DNA of 64,000 bases, from the NCBI GenBank assembly GCA_028534125.1, contig CM052816.1, positions 67,892,001 through 67,956,000 on the forward strand, given 5' to 3'. Source of the stretch: Lama glama. Its lineage: Eukaryota. Positions 1 through 12,137 of this stretch are shown here, piece by piece. The notes under the pieces were generated by a model, which saw nothing but the letters and a program-made list of their open reading frames with translations, searched no databases and was not told the origin of the DNA. The number at the start of each line of letters is the position of its first letter. Position 1 is the first letter of the stretch. Position numbers and translations under genes: made by a program.

Positions 1-307
1 GTTAATTTCTGTAATTTCTGTTAGCTCAGTTCACTTAATTGCAACTAAAAGGCTCCTAACAGATGCTAACTTTTTTTCTGCTTCCTATTTTCTCCTCAGG
101 GACACTTATTCAGTTATTTACTACAGTGTCTTGCACTTGCCCCAAAATGTACCAAAGCTAAGATACAATAACATTGTCCAAAATTTCAGCCTAGGTGAAA
201 AATAGGAAGACTCATTCACCTGGTTCTTCTCTGACTGGATATAGTAACAGGTACCACTGGAATCCCTACCTGTGTCTGAGTCTATGGTAAGAGCCCCAGC
301 TTTGCCC

Positions 308-640
308 ATTCATTCAGGGATCATTCATTCTGTGTCTACCACATGCCACAGAATTGCCTTACACAGCTCACGGTCACGCAGAGAGACTGGTTGTATGAGT
401 GTAAATAAGTGTGGCAGGCTCCCTGATGAGCATCTACATCTGCTCCCATGGGGGCCCAAGGAAGGAATGGCCAGTTTTCTTCTTAGCAAGATGAGGAAAG
501 ACTTCAGGGAAGAGGTGATGCTTGAGCTGTATCTTCAAAGATGAATAGAGGTTTTAAAGCTAAAAGAAAAGCATGGGGAAAGCAGACAAGTCTGGCCCAG
601 GAGAGAAATATGAACTATAAACTGTTGTCTGACTTAAAAA
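308..640 (-). mobile_element. L2 LINE fragments
   Basis: cattcattc 3'-end motif followed by L2-like 'ggaaagacttcagggaagaggtgatgcttgagctg'. Confidence 0.5.
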
Positions 641-849
641 TCTACCATCTACAGGATGGAGAAGGCAGTTTGGTCTTGTCTGTTTAGCACATGCCTGACT
701 GCTGTATAATGCTGTGTAGAACACAGAAATCTGTGGCCGCACTCATCCTCTCCTTCCTCTCTCTCCAAAATTCAGAAAATACGTATAAAGTTCTCTTCCT
801 GGTGAGCAAGGCTGTATAGATGTTAGAGTCAGTTGTGGTGGGTGAACTC

Positions 850-1112
850 AGCATCCCCTGTCTGGCCTCCAGACTTGTGGGTGTGAGTCAGTTGTGAGGA
901 GACAGCAGTAGCAGCAGCAGCAGCAGCATCTGCCCTACTTCTATATCAAGTTAAAATCATAGGACCGTAAAATAAACAGTCCATTGGTGGTCCCATGACT
1001 TCCTTGTCAGATCTTCCAATAGTTTGTAAATACTCCATTCCCTCACTAAATCCCTTTCAGCTGGAAATACCTTGAGTGGGTTCTGTTGTCTACACTGAAC
1101 TTTGCTGATCCA
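850..1112 (+). mobile_element. Old ERVL-class LTR, 3' part (LTR41/LTR52-like)
   Basis: 'taaatccctttcagctggaaataccttgagtgggttctgttgtctacactgaac' resembles ERVL LTR 3' ends; internal CAG run. Confidence 0.5.
903..928 (+). repeat. (CAG)n microsatellite, interrupted
   Basis: cagcagtagcagcagcagcagcagca. Confidence 0.9.
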
Positions 1113-1116
1113 ATTC

Positions 1117-1225
1117 CCCACTGTGAGTTCTGGAAGGGCCCTGATGTGCTCCATTGCATCCCTAGTACCAAGCACAAGGTTTGGCAGTAGCAGGTTATCA
1201 CTAAGTAGTTTTTGAGTAAGTGCAT
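1117..1225 (+). mobile_element. L2 3' end
   Basis: 'ctgtgagttctggaagggc...ccctagtaccaagcaca...ggcagtagcagg' matches the L2 tail pattern. Confidence 0.55.
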
Positions 1226-1402
1226 TAAAAATTGTAATATGGATGTGGATATACATATGAATACACAAATAGGTAAACAATTCAAAAGTGTCATAAGAAT
1301 TACGTGGTCGAGAGCCACCTTTCTAGCAAGGAGTGTTATGTTGTCTTAGGCTAGTGGTTACTCTGGGCCACAGTGTTTGTGGAAGACTTGATGCAGAAGT
1401 CT

Positions 1403-1669
1403 ATTTTTATTATTCAGTTTTTAAAACTACTTTTTAAAAAATTGAAGTACAGTTAGTTTACAATGTTGCATTAGTTTCAGGTGTATAGCAAAGTGATTCA
1501 GTTATACATATATACATTTTTTTCAGACTCTTTTACATTATAGGTTATTACAAGATATTGAATATAGTTCCCTGTGTTATATAGGTCCTTGATGTTTATC
1601 TTTTTTATATATAGTAATGTGTATCTGTTAATCCCAAACTCCTTATCCCCCTGCCCCATTTCCCCTTTC
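1403..1669 (-). mobile_element. 5'-truncated L1 3' end (cetartiodactyl type) with TSD
   Basis: Typical 'ttgaagtacagttagtttacaatgttg...gtgattcagttatacat'; TSD tgatgcagaagtct (1389-1402) / tgatggagaagtct (1670-1683). Confidence 0.9.
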
Positions 1670-2854
1670 TGATGGAGAAGTCTTGATGGAAAGGGACTAG
1701 ATTCTGAGGGATAAGTAGAAATTGGATAGGAAAAAAAAAGAGTGGGATATTTTAGAACTAGTCCTTAGTGCTAATATCACTGCACACTGATGACTCCTGA
1801 AATGAGGACTAAGTTCCCTTTGAAATGCATATGGGCTTAAAAGTGAAGGGAAAAGGTCTTGGCATGATGTTCTTAGGTTTTGCCAAACCCTAATGTTGTG
1901 TTTGGAGCCCTTCACTGCTCCATAGGCCACAAGAATTCCCCTGTCCCCATCCCATACCCACATCAAGCATATTTCTGAATCTTCTGGGAAGCCACACAGT
2001 GAGCAGTTAGATGTCTGATCCTGCTTCAGAACAAGCAAGGAGAGATTTGAGTTCAACCAGCAGAAATTTCCAGTGGGAGCCTTTGCCCAGGATATTGGCT
2101 GACAGCCTCTGGTCCCACTGAGTTCCAGAAGTGGGTGAAAGGTTTGATGGACAAATCTCTCTTCAATATACAGTGATTACAAGGAAAGTGATGTGATTGA
2201 GCACTACTCTATCTGCTAGTCAAGCTAGTCAGTGTCACCAGAAGGTCACAGGGTTCATAAGCTCTTCTTTACATGGAAACCAACCCAAACAATGCCAGTT
2301 TCTCATTTCATGGTTTAGCTATAATAATAAGTCACTATTGCCTTTTAAAAATTTAATATAAAGAAATTTTGGAATTGTGTTAAATAAACAAACAAGAGTT
2401 TACCACAATTTGCATCAGATTGATTGGGGATCATCAAATTAATCAGAGATGCAGGGTTGTTATTTAAATGTAAGAGAGACAGCAAATGTCTACAGAAGCT
2501 TTGCAAGGCTGCGAAATGTGTTCTTACACCACACTCAGGTTAATTAAAAGGGTGGGTGGGTGAGGCAAAAGCTGTATGGCTTCCACACATCTTGTAAGAA
2601 GGCACCTGAACACCTGAGAAAATGAAGACCTGAAAGAAGGCTGTTCCTCTGGACCTTTAGGCTTCATTTGCTTGATGTGAGTCCTCTTTCTCCTGTGTTT
2701 AAATGAAGTCAAGGTTGGGTACTAAGGGTTTAAAATTAGGAAATGCCTAACTATAAGGGAGAAATATGGGACTCCATAGCTGCCATACTGGATATGTTCT
2801 AAGACTTTATTGCTTTGTTGTTTAACCTAACCCTCCATTCTATTGCGCTATTGA

Positions 2855-3002
2855 TTATATTTCTTAATCTCTCCAAAGTTCAGTTTACTCATTGGTGAAG
2901 TCCTTGTAGGGAGGGTCAAATGAGAAAATGCATGTATATTGCTTGGCCCAGAGCCTGATATACAGCAGACCCTCAGTAAACTTCAGCCATACTTACTGTT
3001 AT
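2855..3002 (+). mobile_element. MIR SINE
   Basis: core 'cttaatctctcc..agttcagtttactcat' and tail 'aaatgagaaaatgcatg...gcctgatatacagcag'. Confidence 0.65.
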
Positions 3003-3749
3003 ATCAACATATAGAAGGCCATCAAAGAATTATAGACAATTCAACTGCTGAACCTCAACAGATTAGAAATCATAAATCTTGAGATGTCTCCTGGTCTCTG
3101 CCCTTGGCTTCTTGTGTAATTTCAGTCACTTGTCTAAGTCCAGGGGTGGGGAGAGACAGGACTTGGCATGATAGCTGGTCATATGATAAGGACTTGGAGG
3201 GGGTGTCATTGACCAGAAACTCCACAGGATGTTAGGTTGCTTACTTGAGTGACTCAGTCTGAAGCTGTGTAGGTTTGTAGGATCCATAGTAGGACAGTGG
3301 TGGCTGGAGTCTCACTTGAGCACCAGGCTTTGAGATGAATAGGGATAAACTAGAGGATATTATGGGATGACTTATATTCTCTGAACCACATCTCCTGAGG
3401 TTCAGTGAAAGGAGATGGAAAGATAGATTCGGGGAAGTGGAGGAGAGGGTAACTGACTCAAGCTTCCAGTAGTTTGGGGTTGTTTCAGGGTAAAAGCTAA
3501 GACCACTGGGTAGAAGTGCTGGGGAAGCATTTTTGGCTCTATTACCAGTTGGCATGAGAAAAGTAGAACTTTCTAGAAATTAACAGTGGAATGGGCTACC
3601 TTCCAATGTAAAGTCCCTAGAACAGTTAAAGCTGGGCAGGCTGGTTCCTGGGGAAGCTGAAGAGAGTTCCTGTCCTGGAGCATATGGGAGGGACTCAGTA
3701 CAACCTTACAATCTTGTGGGTGGAAATGGTGGCCAAGAAAGGAGAGAAA

Positions 3750-3960
3750 GCATCATGGGTGCTGGGAACTGCAAGCATGGCTTGGTTATAGGTGTGATGG
3801 GGAGAGACTAGTGTGGAGAATAGATGTTTAGGGCTTTTTATTTTATCTTGAGGAGGCCGGACTTTATTCTGAGGGTTATGGGGAGCCACGGAAAGGCTTT
3901 TAAGCAAGGGAGTATCATGGCCAGATGTTGTCATAGAAAGATTACTCTCACTCCATCAGG
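3750..3960 (-). mobile_element. L2 fragment
   Basis: 'ggactttattctgagggttatggggagccacggaaaggcttttaagcaagggagt...atagaaagattactct'. Confidence 0.75.
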
Positions 3961-3982
3961 AGCCTAAATGAAGGAAGAAAAA

Positions 3983-4200
3983 CCTTTACTGAGAACCACT
4001 GTGAAGTGAATGCTTCAGATAAATAAGATCATCTCCTACTCACAACCACCTCTGAATGGGTACTCATCTTCATTTCATAGCCAAGGACACTAAGAACCAG
4101 AGAGGTTAAGTGACTTTGTCAACATTGCCCAGTTATTAAGTGCAGTGACCAAGCAAAGACTCAAAAGCAAATGAGTCGGATCTCAAAGTCCATGCATTCT
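3983..4200 (-). mobile_element. MIR SINE
   Basis: reverse core 'cagagaggttaagtgactttgtcaacattgcccag'. Confidence 0.7.
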
Positions 4201-4617
4201 TTGTTTCATTTTAGTAAAAATAAAACAAAACAGAACAAATACCATTTTTGTAAATATAACCAAATCTCAAATCCTAGGAGGAACATTACTTATCCATTCT
4301 GTAAGATTGCTACACACCCAGGGGTGCCTAGCCATGAACAATTCCCCTTTCATGTGACTTGCTGCTATAAGACCCTCTTCCTTCTGGCTGGAGATAATTA
4401 GACAAGGGCCAAACTGACACTCTTTCCCAGAAATTTGGGCCAAGCCCTAAGGAGTCCAGTCAGGGGTGAAAAGTGTCTCAGGCCACAGGAAGGAGGGAAG
4501 AGATGAGCACACAGCACCACCCTTCCTCCCAGTGACTGTAGTAACAATGCCTGGGGCAGGATTTGCTTTTACTTAGCACCTAACAAGCACACGTTAAGCA
4601 TAATATGTTATCTCATA

Positions 4618-4832
4618 AAGTTTGGGATTAACAGATACACATTACTATATATAAAATAGATAAAAAACAAGGATCCATTGTATAGCACAGGGAACTCTAT
4701 TTAATATCTTTAATAACCTATAATGGAAAATAATCTGAAAAAGAATATATATATGTATATGTATAACTGAATCACTTTTGCTGTACACCTGAAGCAAACA
4801 CAACATTGTGGATACGTCAATTAAAAAAAAAA
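4618..4832 (+). mobile_element. 5'-truncated L1 3' end (cetartiodactyl type) with poly(A)
   Basis: 'tttgggattaacagatacac...tatagcacagggaact...actgaatcacttttgctgtacacctgaa' ending in an A tail. Confidence 0.9.
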
Positions 4833-4839
4833 CCTTCAT

Positions 4840-5232
4840 TTTTTGAGAGGAAGGTACGGAGATTTCTTATATATCCCCTTCCCCCAACACCTGCATAGCC
4901 TCTCTCATTTTAGCAACATCCCCCACCAGAGTGGTACATTTGTTACAATCGATGAATCTCCATTGATACATCATAATCACCCGCAGTCTGCAGTTTACAT
5001 TCCATTCCATCCTGGTATTGCGGATTCTAAGGTTTGTACAAATGTATAATGACATCTGTCCACTAGCACAGTATCATACTGTATCATTTTACAGTAGTTT
5101 CACTGCCCTAAAAATCCTCTGTGCTCCATCTATTCACCCCTATCCTCACTCCCAACCCTTAGCAATTACTGATCTGTTTACTGTCTCCATAGTTTTGCCT
5201 TTTCCAGAACATCATGTAGTTGGAATTGTATT
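4840..5232 (-). mobile_element. L1MC1/2-like 3' end
   Basis: 'aacatcccccaccagagtggtacatttgttacaatcgatgaa...ttcactgccctaaaaatcctctgtgct'. Confidence 0.85.
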
Positions 5233-5837
5233 CTAGGGCAGGATTCTAAGCCTCCTCATCTCTTCCTCACAGTGGGTACAGCCAAGAGAGAGGGGCCTGC
5301 TGGTGTCAGATTGACAGGTGTCCCTGTGCCCACCAACCTCCCTGCTGACCTGCTCCCTGCCCTACCTGGACCAGCCCCAACTTGGAGGGAGCAGGGGGAA
5401 CTCGTGGCTGCTTATTCCAAAACCCCACCTGATTGCTTTGCAACCCAGCCTCTTTCAGCTCTTTCTGAGAGAGTCGCTGGCAAAGGGACCTTCAAGAGAT
5501 TAAATTTTTGTCTTTTGTCAACTATTCTGATATGGGGCTTTCTTCCATATTGATATATGGTTATATATCAATATATCTCTATATCAAAGGTCTTGCTCAA
5601 TTTGAAGGATTAATCAATTGGGGCTGGTTTGGTGAAACTTGGGCTTGTCTTGGGGAATTCTTGGGGGCAACAGAAAAGTGTTAGCAACCAGCACAACAGG
5701 TATAGCCAGAGTTTAGTTTGTTTATTGATTTAAAAATGAATGTTTTAAAAAAAAATACTTGGTAAAAAATTAAGAAAAACAGAAGAATTTTAGGTTAAAA
5801 AAAAAAAAAGCCTCTCTCTTTCCTCACCTCCAATCCC

Positions 5838-6187
5838 ATTGAATATTTCTGTCCTCCCGCAAATTCACACGTTGAAATCTTAACCCCCAAAGGCGATAGT
5901 ATTAGGAGGTGGGACTTTGAAAGGTGCTTAGGTCATAAGGGTAGAGCCCGTATATTACTGCCCTTACAAAAGAGGCCCAGAGAGACCTCTAGCCCCGCCT
6001 ACCATGTGAGGACAGAGCGAGAAGGTGCCAGCTATGAGGCAGGAAGAAGGCTCTCACCAGAAGGTGACCACGCTGGTGCCTTGATCTTAGACTTAGTACT
6101 TCCAGAACTGTGAGCAATACATTTCTGTTGTCTGTGAGCCACCCAGTCAGTGTTAGTTTGTTACAGCAGCCCCAGCAAACTAAGATA
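5838..6187 (+). mobile_element. MaLR LTR (MLT1A-like)
   Basis: 'aaattcacacgttgaaatcttaacccccaa...ccatgtgaggaca...tccagaactgtgagcaatacatttctgttg...actaagata'. Confidence 0.9.
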
Positions 6188-6229
6188 TCTATCTTTACCA
6201 GGTCTTTAATATCCTCTCAGAATTTTTAA

Positions 6230-6825
6230 AATCAGTGTAGTAGCCTATATATGCATATTTTTTTTAGTTTTTAATTACAAGTAAAGTTTCATTGACCATC
6301 TTTGTATGTGTATATTTGTGTACTTTTATATCTATACAATACATCTTTCACAGTGCAATTTCTGGGTCAAAGTATATGCACGTTTAAAAAATTTTGCAAC
6401 ATGCTGCCAAATTTACTTATACAAAACTATACTTACTGAGATTCCCACCAATAGTATGTGACTGCCTGTTTCCCCTGTTCTTATCAAATACCAGACCTTT
6501 AGTATTTTCCAATCTCATAGGGGAAAGCACTGCCTTGTTTTGATTTTTGTCTTTTAAATGTTGAGAGGTCTCGTTCACCTATTGTATCTATTTTTTTTAA
6601 TGGGTGGATGGTTAATTTCCTTTGCCCTTTTGTCTTACTGAATTAGAAGGATTCTTTAAGAAACCAGACCTTTGTCAGTCAGATATGTTGCAAGGGATTT
6701 TCTCCAGTTTTTAAATTGTCTTTTGACTCTGTTTATGACACACACCATATTTGCCATATAAATGTTTGCTTTTTTTATTTAATTTTTTTTTGTAGGCACA
6801 TTAATCGGTCTTTTCCTTTATGATG
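6230..6825 (-). mobile_element. Old L1 (L1ME-like) ORF2/3' fragments
   Basis: 'tctgggtcaaagtatatgcac...ttcccaccaatagtatgtga' and 'atatgttgcaa..ttttctccagt'. Confidence 0.65.
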
Positions 6826-7291
6826 GCCTGAGGATAATGCCCCACGGTGGGAGGAAGAACACAAAGAAGGCCTTCAAGGAGAGGGAGAGGTTCAGCTCAG
6901 CCACCAGGTCACTGTGATAGCAACACTGGGTCACCTGGGATTTCTCTATAAACATAAAAAAGAGCCTTGCAAAAGAAACTTTTTAAAATCTACATTGGGG
7001 TGCGGGTGCAGGGATGTTATAGTAAGGGACGGTGAAGAGTTGAGAGGAAAGAACACCCCCAGATGCAGCCTGGTAAGAGAACAGGAGAATTGAAGCTAAG
7101 TTGGAAGTGAAAGAGGCAGACTTCTCTCATGCTTCTGAGTTTGAATTTGAGGGCAGGGTGCAGTAAGGAGGTTCACTGCAGGTGTGAGTTGACCACCTCC
7201 TCAGGTTCCACACTTTGGTGAGTTGACCCTCTACTCTCCATCTCTCGTCCCTTCTCTTTGCAGCTCAACCAACCCTAGCCTAGGCATTGAA

Positions 7292-7316
7292 ACACACACA
7301 CACACACACACACACA
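7292..7316 (+). repeat. (AC)12 microsatellite
   Basis: perfect dinucleotide run. Confidence 0.97.
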
Positions 7317-9334
7317 TCCCACAGAGGACACTCCACCCTTGACCTGGGGTGAGTCTTGCTCTGAAGACCAGTTACCTTGAGGTCCCTGGGGATGGAAGTT
7401 GATGATCTTTGGGAATGGAGGTTGATGTTTCTGTGCTTCTTCCTCACTGGTTTTAATGGATGACACATCCCACTGAAATGCACAGAAATGGAAGGAATAT
7501 TTGCAAGATATAGATGCCATGAGAAGGAGCCATTTGGAGCCCTGGCAAATTCTGCATTTGACTCTCGTCCTTTCCTGTTCAGAAGTTGATTTCCCAGCTT
7601 GGGTATCACCATTTGCTTCTGTTTTTTCCCCAGGTATCTGACCCTTGGATGTTTTGCATCTCAGGCTTACTTCTACTAGAGGAAAAAATGAAGGCACAAA
7701 GCAAACCAAGCAGGCTTGCTGCTTACTAACCACTCAAGGTTTGGTATGGCAATAAGCCAATGCTAATGTCTCAATTCAAGGTTTGGGATTACAAGCGAGT
7801 TTGAGGTCAAGCTAACAACTGAGAATAGAAGTGGAAATAAAGGTGGGAGGGGAAGAGAAGGGTGGGGCAGGGCAGTGGTGGGCGGTGGTGGATGGGAAAT
7901 GAAAAGAGGAGACTAAGAGGTGGCAGCCTTCCCTTCTTAGCTGCTGGAATCACACCTATGGTAGAAACAGTGAGGGTCCGAAAGAGAAGAGAAGCATTGG
8001 TTTCTAACCATTGGCTTGCAGAACATGTCAGGCAGCTAGTTACCCAGGTTGGAAATAGGGGTTAAAAAGTCGGGAGAAGCGAATGAGAAAATCTTGCCTG
8101 GCTGAAGAGGGCGGGAGGGCTCCTGCGTCCTGGGGATTGTTGTGAATGCGAACTTTCTCCAAGCTGATTAAATGGAATTAACTCCACAGCCTGGCATCTT
8201 ACAACCTCCTGTTGCTCTCATCTCTCCAAACCCTTGTTCTACCTCTTCAGAGCCTCCTGGAACCCTGAGGAATTTATTAATGAGGTCCAATTATGGAAAA
8301 TTTCAGGTTTTTAATCAACTTCAGATGCACAGCTGAAGGGTTCAGCTCAACCCCCCTGAGAAAATGTACATTAAACAAGATTTCAGAGAACTGCACACTT
8401 GCTTCCCACATCCAGCCTTCTCCCCGCTTCCAATCATCTATAGCATCTCTGCCCCTGCTCCGCACCATTTCCCCTCTGCCCTCATCTTCCCACCCCCAGC
8501 TTTCACAAAGAGCCGTGAATTTCAGCTGCCCCTTGTTTTAAAAACTGCAGGACACACAGCATTGCTGACTGATTGACCCAGCTGGTTTCTGTCCAAGCCC
8601 TCCCCAGCCCTAATTTGTGGCTTTCGTCTAGGTGTGCTGGAAAGCCTTTTCCTGACCATTTCCACCCTCGGTGACTGCTAGCAAACAATCTTTGTTTCCT
8701 CTTCAAGGATATTTTTGAAGACAGATTAGAGGTTTGAAAAAACACTTGGAATAACTCTTTAAACAGGTTTTCCAAACACTGGTGGAAGGAAACAAAGGAG
8801 GTGGGTGGGAACATCAGCCCTGAATAATGGTTCTATTTCTCATCCTGTGTTGCCTCAGGCCTGCATAGCTTGTGTTCTCCCTGGCCTGTGGAAACTTTGC
8901 AAACTTCCGGGGCTTGGTCTCTGCAGAGGCTGCTCCTCACCCTGGGAGAGACAGGCCCTCCACCAGCTGCTGTGGGAATGGCACATCTGGCATTCCAGCA
9001 GTCACTTCCTCGCTAGGGAAAAGCCTGGGTTCCACCCTGTGCAGTTTCATGAAGTGTTGCTGGGGCTCCTGGGAATGGGCAGGAGCGGTTGTGAGTGGTG
9101 AACATCCTCCCAAGCTCCCGTGGGGCCTGCAGGCTCTGTTCAGCTGATTAAACAGTCTTCACCTGGGGCAGATTTTTAAAGAGACCACTGCATGACGTGG
9201 CAAGGTTTTTCCATAGATGAAAATTCTATTTAACATCTAGGTAGGCTGGAATATTGATCTTCAGAGGTAGCTGCTTGAACCTTGCCTCTTAGACGAAGCA
9301 GTCTCCATCCCCTTGAGCTGTCTGGGATCTCTTT

Positions 9335-9465
9335 AATAAGCCAAGATTCTTTTGGTTGCAGGTGACTGGAAAGCAACTTGATATAGATTGGGCAAACGAG
9401 GGCGTTTGTCAGTTCCTGAAATCAGGGTGGAAAAATAGCTAGGTCTCAGGAATGAATGGAACCTG
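9335..9465 (-). mobile_element. MaLR LTR fragment (MLT1J/K/L-like)
   Basis: 'caagattcttttggttgcaggtgactggaaagcaactt' is the reverse 3' end of old MLT1. Confidence 0.55.
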
Positions 9466-10000
9466 GGGTGTGCTGGATTTGGCTCATCCTGGTTTTTGAG
9501 AGCTGATTGTTCAATTTACAGGAATTTCATGAGCTAGTTGTTAAACACAGCCATTATTGAAAATTATATAAACTCATGAGTAAAAATTATATTAAACACA
9601 ATAATAATAACTTCTTAAAACTCCTCACTTGGTAATTATTTCACTGCACTTTGCTATTATCTCTGCTCTTGAGATTCCTTGTATCTATTATATCTCCCTG
9701 GTGGAAACACTACAGAATGGTGTGCTATTGCCCACACCTTTGCAGCTCTGTTTTTCAGAGTTGGAAAGTTGGAAGCTTGAAATTGGCTGTGGTGGAAGCA
9801 TTGACACCACAGAAATTCACAAACACTACAAATCAGGGCTTGATCTACTGTTTTCTTGGTTGTATAGTCTCAACTTAAGGATGTGATGAAAAAAGTGTTG
9901 ATAATGCAAGTTACACTTAAAAAAAGTATGTTATGTCTGTAGTTGTTACATTGTGAATGGCATCCCCAAAATAAGAAAACGTTCTATTTTTAGAGAACTA
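9466..10000 (+). mobile_element. MER63 (hAT-Blackjack) DNA transposon, left part
   Basis: 'gtgtgctgg...gagagctgattgtt...gttgttaaacacagccattatt...actacaaatcagggctt' follows the MER63 consensus in order. Confidence 0.85.
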
Positions 10001-11643
10001 TTCTGTGCAATTTTTGATCTAGGACAAAACTGCAAATGGCTCTTACCTGGAACATATATCGTTAGGTGTGCCTGGCTGGTAGGAACTTTATGGTTTTTAT
10101 TGCCTGTGTTTTACCTGGGGAGAGACACCCACTATCCTCTCTTCACTGTACTGCATTGCTTTTCTTGGTGGGAGAGAGATTTGGGGGATTATCTTGGTGC
10201 CTCTCAAATCACACCACTTTATATACATATATATATATAAAAATGCACATATAATACCACACCATTATATATATTTATATTCTCATTTATATCATATATA
10301 TTTGTAATCTCATTTAATTCCTATAACTAAATGCTTATCTTAGAACTACATAGCTTTCCTTGTTGGTAAGAGAGAGATTTCGGGGTTATGTTGGTGGTCC
10401 TCAAATTCCAAGCCAATATCTGTCTATCTCCAAAGAGTCAGCAGCAAGTTTGATGTGTGCATATTTGTTCTCCGTCAGAACCTTTGGCCCACGGCCTTTA
10501 TCATCACTGTTTTACACGGATGCTTGCAGACAGTTTCCCAACCTGGGTCATGAGCAGAGCATTTCATGAAGTTCTTGTTCAGAATTCTGATTACAGATGA
10601 TAATCTCTGTGAACCTCCTTAAAGGAGAGCCACTTCTGCTGAGAAGGTGTTGGTGTTCCTGTGGATTGGCACAGCTGTTGGGGTGGGGCAGGGTAGGGTG
10701 GGGCTGGGAGGCGATAGATCATCCACAGATAATGCAACCCAGGATTACAGAAGAGGTCACTGAACCCATTATTTTGCCTCCACACCGTTTCACTGAAACC
10801 ATTTAAAGAGTAGCGTATAAAAGGGAGACCAAAAAAAAAAAAATTGTATTCAAGAGTACATTCCAGTGCCTTATCTAAATCTTTCCTTCAATACAGTAAA
10901 TTGATTTCTTCTTATTCAGTTTTCTAGGCATATACAAAAATAAAAAATCATTGTGTTTTAGATATTGAAGCTTCCTAAAACTCTGTTCATCTTCTCTTCT
11001 GAGCAAATTTTTTTTCTTTAAAACTTTTAATGTTTCCCATAATGATTTCAAGACATCACTTTTCAGACATTTAGTTTTGTCCTTAGGACAAAGGGCCACT
11101 TTAATTTTTCTATTTTTTTTTAAAGATTTGGCCTCCATGAAAACTTTTGTTATCTTCTCCTTTGCTGATTTCTTCCTTGTCTGAAATTTTTAAAAGTTTA
11201 TGTTCAGTGCTACATAATTTATTTGTTTCTGTTTGCTTCCTGTTTGGAGCTCTTTTCTGCACTCAAGCAAAGTATAAGCTATGGAGGGCATGGATAATAA
11301 CTTCTACTTTTCTGTCCCTTAACATCTGCTAAAGTGTCAGAAAAGTAGCTGACATTCAGAATGAATTTGTTGATTTGTTGGTATATTGGCTGACAGCTGT
11401 AAGAACTCTTCTTTCTAATGTCTACACACTTCTGATTTACCACTTTCTCATCTATTGACAATGGGAGAAATCAAATGAGAAAGCTTATTAGAACTGTGGA
11501 CAAAGTAAGGGTAACTTAGCTTTGAGTGATATTCTAAAAGATCTCTTATGAATGAAATTCATGACTATTAGATAAATTTTATATTTCTAGTTTGTCTACT
11601 CACAATCTCCCTCAATTTCTTTCCTTATGTTTGGTCATTACCA

Positions 11644-12137
11644 TTACGGACAAAGACTGTTGCCTGCCATTCCAGTAAACAATGAATGTTGCCCACCATC
11701 AAGAATTAAGATAAAGCCATGAGCCACTGCAGCCCCCCATCCCCACCCCCAGCCCTCCACAGTGCACCAACAGAGAAATTCAGGATGGAGAAAAAGAGAA
11801 TACTGGCCTTAGATAGTTGAGAAAGATGCATATCAAAGGAGTAATTCAGTGAACTCAAACTCTTGCACCTTCCCATACATAGAAAAGCACTAAAATCATT
11901 AACTCCAGATGTCTGGTTTTTGTGATTAGCAGTAATCTTTTGATGATCCATTACATATATATGTCTATATTTTTTTCCCCCCAGCAAAAACTCCTATATG
12001 TCCTGGCTCCCCCCTTCCCTCTTTGGAACAGTTCCTCAGAGCTATCTGAGAGGATGTCTCCCAGGCTGTAGTCCTCAGTAATGTCCCTGAATAAAACATA
12101 ATTCTCAACTTTTAGGTTGTGTATTTTTCAGTTGACA
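11644..12137 (+). mobile_element. Solo ERV1 LTR (MER41-like, cetartiodactyl)
   Basis: 'ggaacagttcctcagagctatctgagag...gtcctcagtaa...aataaaacataattctcaacttttaggttgtg...ttcagttgaca' with poly(A) signal and terminal CA. Confidence 0.8.
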
